A stretch of DNA of 63,950 nt, counting the filler, from Lenisia limosa (taxonomy: Eukaryota > Protista > Breviatea): the NCBI GenBank assembly GCA_001655205.1. It is 14 parts of 14 records of this genome, joined end to end, with 100 filler letters (N's around TTAATTAATTAA, not from the genome) between each part and the next. Parts side by side here need not be neighbours in the genome. Positions count along the whole stretch, not along the records: positions 57,871 to 63,950 come from LPNZ01011071.1; 13 more parts are not named here. The stretch is one strand, 5' to 3'. The notes below the pieces were generated by a model. It was not told where the DNA came from and did not search any database. It saw nothing but the letters and a program-made list of their open reading frames with translations. Numbering within the stretch: the stretch's first letter is position 1; every line of letters starts with the position of its first letter. Below, piece by piece: positions 61,537 through 63,950 of this stretch. A program made the translations under genes and the position numbers.

Positions 61537-63506
61537 GACAAACGCTTGGATCGATGGAGAGAGCTTAGCGTTCTTGACAATTAAAGAATCATAAATCTTC
61601 CATCATTTACTTATCAAAGAATCGAAAAAAAACAAAAACAAAACAAGTCAGCCAATTGGAAATAGGCTTTATTTGAGTTTGAAAAAAAAAGACCAAATTT
61701 CTCTAATAATCCTCAATAAATATTGATATTCCCCAGTGTTTTCGGATTGGAGTGAAGCCTTATTGAATCCCACCCTACATAAAGGTGATTTGCGATTATA
61801 CAATATTTATTCATTTCATTGCAGAATTCCTGTACTATTTTATGATCTCATGCATACCGGATCAACCAAGGTGAAAACAATTGGGAACGTGAAAACGTTA
61901 TTCTGAAGGGACTTGATAAACTTCACAAATCCATCATCAACTGAACTCTCCTGTAACATGGCATGAAAAATGAAATGTTTCTACTCTATCATTGAACAAT
62001 GGGATCAATAAGACGGAATTTCTCTTCAAAATATACTCGACTTAACTCTTTCCCCTACTTGCAGCAGTATTTCTATCTTGGTTGCAGAATTCGCTCCAGA
62101 AGTGAATGGTTTGATCTGGATTGGGCATAAGTGGCAATCGCACTTATATTATGATGATTAATGGAGAGGTGATTTGACTTCCCACATTTGTTTTTCATTT
62201 TCATATACTCAACAGCAAAATAAACCCACAGACAACTGCTTGATTAATACGGTCTAGCCATTCAGGATTGGCTTTGACTCTCTGACAGGGTGATACAAAC
62301 AATTGTAAAATGAAAATGTTCAAAAGAATTAGACTTTTTGGGTTTGAAGGGAGGATCAGTATTATAGTTATACTGCCATTATCAAGGCGAACTACTACCC
62401 CACGAACCAAGTCAGTACTACTCGATATCAAACATCGGGCGTTGAGTTGACACATTTCCTTCATTCGCTTCAAAATGTGTCCAAACTGATGAAAAGTCAA
62501 TGGAGGAAGGTGAACGTGTCAAAAGTAGTGTGATTACGAGTTTGGATAAGCTACAATACTTAGATGTTGATGAGTTTCATAAAATCCTACTTTCAATCAA
62601 ATCTTCATACCTCGCAATAAACGAGGTTCGTGTAGTGTGGATTGTGTAGAATCTAAAAGTCAATCGATAATTGTTGGTATAAAAAGGAACGTAGAAAGAA
62701 GGATTGTTGATTAACAATTGAAACTGTGAGTAATATTATACGATAATCTCATTCCAAACCTTCAAGTTTGCGTCTCGCGGCCCGTGGAACCTTGGCGGTT
62801 CTGGAGAGTCAACAGGGGCAACAACAATAAAAAAAGAACCAATATGCCCTTTTTGATTGCCACTCGCTCTACTAACCATCAAAATACCGTTTCAACCAGA
62901 GTTTTGACTCAGCAGGCAAGGATTCTTTCTTGATGCTCTCTTGGAAACTTTTCATCATCTGAGACAACCGTCGGTATCGTGGGATAAATCGGGTATTCTG
63001 TGTGTGGATTTGAGACCTGCTTGGTAAGAGGTAGAGAGGGAAAAAAGTTGGCACGGGGGAGAAAAACGGCAGTTTCGATGAAGAATAGTAAAGTGAAGGT
63101 ACTAATCATGCACGAACCACAACACTTCTTGACCCCCATACTCTATCTTGCCAGCAATCGTGTCGATAGCTTCAATGTCGCAATTCTGTAGCGCACCGAA
63201 GAAGACGGGGAAGAGAAGAGGTGGCTGAATGGTGATTCCACCCATGTCCCCAAATACAAATATTATGGTATGATAGGATGTTGTACTGTGTTCAGTCATA
63301 TTTTACAGGAACAATTACCACCTGAAATAATCCAAACATTCTCAATAACAAGGATGTCACCTGGGTGCAGTTTTGTTCATGTACTCACCACAGAGTGCAT
63401 AAATTTAGCAATGCCCGACCTACAGCAAAACCGGCTTCATCAAAGTGAGCAAGACACTCACGGGTTGCTTCTTTGTTATGGAACCGAAGGGCTGTCTTCC
63501 AATCCT
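61537..63506 (-). CDS. Multi-exon hypothetical gene
   Basis: Many GT-AG-bounded open segments (DWKTALRFHNKEATRRALLNLC, MMKSFQESIKKESLPAESKLWLKR, RVKANPEWLDRINQA, ESSVDDGFVKFIKSLQNNVF). A consistent exon chain was not fully resolved. Confidence 0.45.
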
Positions 63507-63862
63507 GTGAAATTACTCAACGAAAAATGCTATTGATACAATGGATTAAATGGTGATATTTAACATATTTAGTGCCACCATATTGTTCACCATTACTGTA
63601 CTATCTCCATAATGAAATGTCTTCGTAATGAATATATCAGACAAATCAATATTCACTTGGATCACGGTACGGTGTCTTGTTCAATTAATACAATTAGCTA
63701 AAGAGCTCACCAATAAAAACTCCCGTTCGGCAGCAGTAAAAGAGTAAGACTTCGATTGTCAGTTGATACGAAAACGAGTGTAATATAATATATTATAAAA
63801 ATAAAAGATATTGATTTATATATGCTTTATATATTAGGTATATCCTCCTCTCCTCGATGTAT

Positions 63863-63904
<42 letters not shown>
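63863..63904. repeat. (CA)n/(TA)n compound microsatellite
   Basis: Direct reading. Confidence 0.95.
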
Positions 63905-63950
63905 CACTTGAATCTCCTCTAACTGACCTTTGTAATCGGTTCATTTAGTA

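Noticed and set aside
178-63536. Most ORFs in the supplied six-frame track
   Set aside because: They run through N gaps, introns or repeat families (e.g. the recurring 'MGCGAAEATGMGFVCF' and 'ANRVDL' peptides are family C) and lack coding hallmarks.
57871-63950. AT-rich terminal scaffold as a viral, Polinton or contaminant insert
   Set aside because: It resolves into ordinary spliced genes and carries the same MITE families (B at 58622, A at about 61690) as the rest of the window.

Overview
Intron-rich eukaryotic nuclear DNA, most likely from a flagellated protist (enkurin-domain and CCDC162-like genes suggest a cilium). I cannot name the species. The window is a pseudomolecule of 14 draft scaffolds joined by 13 artificial N-TTAATTAATTAA-N linkers, with many internal N gaps that often start at G-runs or repeats. 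Genes had to be rebuilt from short GT-AG exons, so most entries in the ORF track are spurious; the standard genetic code fits the genes I could reconstruct. Recognisable genes are an SLC35A-type nucleotide-sugar transporter, DDX47/RRP3, a double cNMP-binding protein, a SAM methyltransferase, a MEGF8/attractin-like PSI protein, a RasGAP/IQGAP C-terminus, CCDC162-like, eIF4G, ENKD1-like, an ankyrin-repeat protein, an SLC38 transporter, an EGF single-pass membrane protein, an ILKAP-like PP2C and a PDE-fold protein. Introns carry at least four short interspersed repeat families: two hAT-type MITEs with 8-bp TSDs, a Tc1/mariner-type hairpin MITE, and a non-TIR repeat polarised toward splice sites. 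The best leads are (1) an ankyrin gene built from one-repeat-per-exon cassettes that vary mainly at binding-surface positions, (2) the splice-site-polarised repeat as a candidate intron generator, (3) G-rich 5' and C-rich 3' intron ends, and (4) a PDE that has lost its metal ligands. No rRNA, tRNA, CRISPR array or autonomous transposase was seen. All family assignments come from motif recognition by eye, not from database searches.
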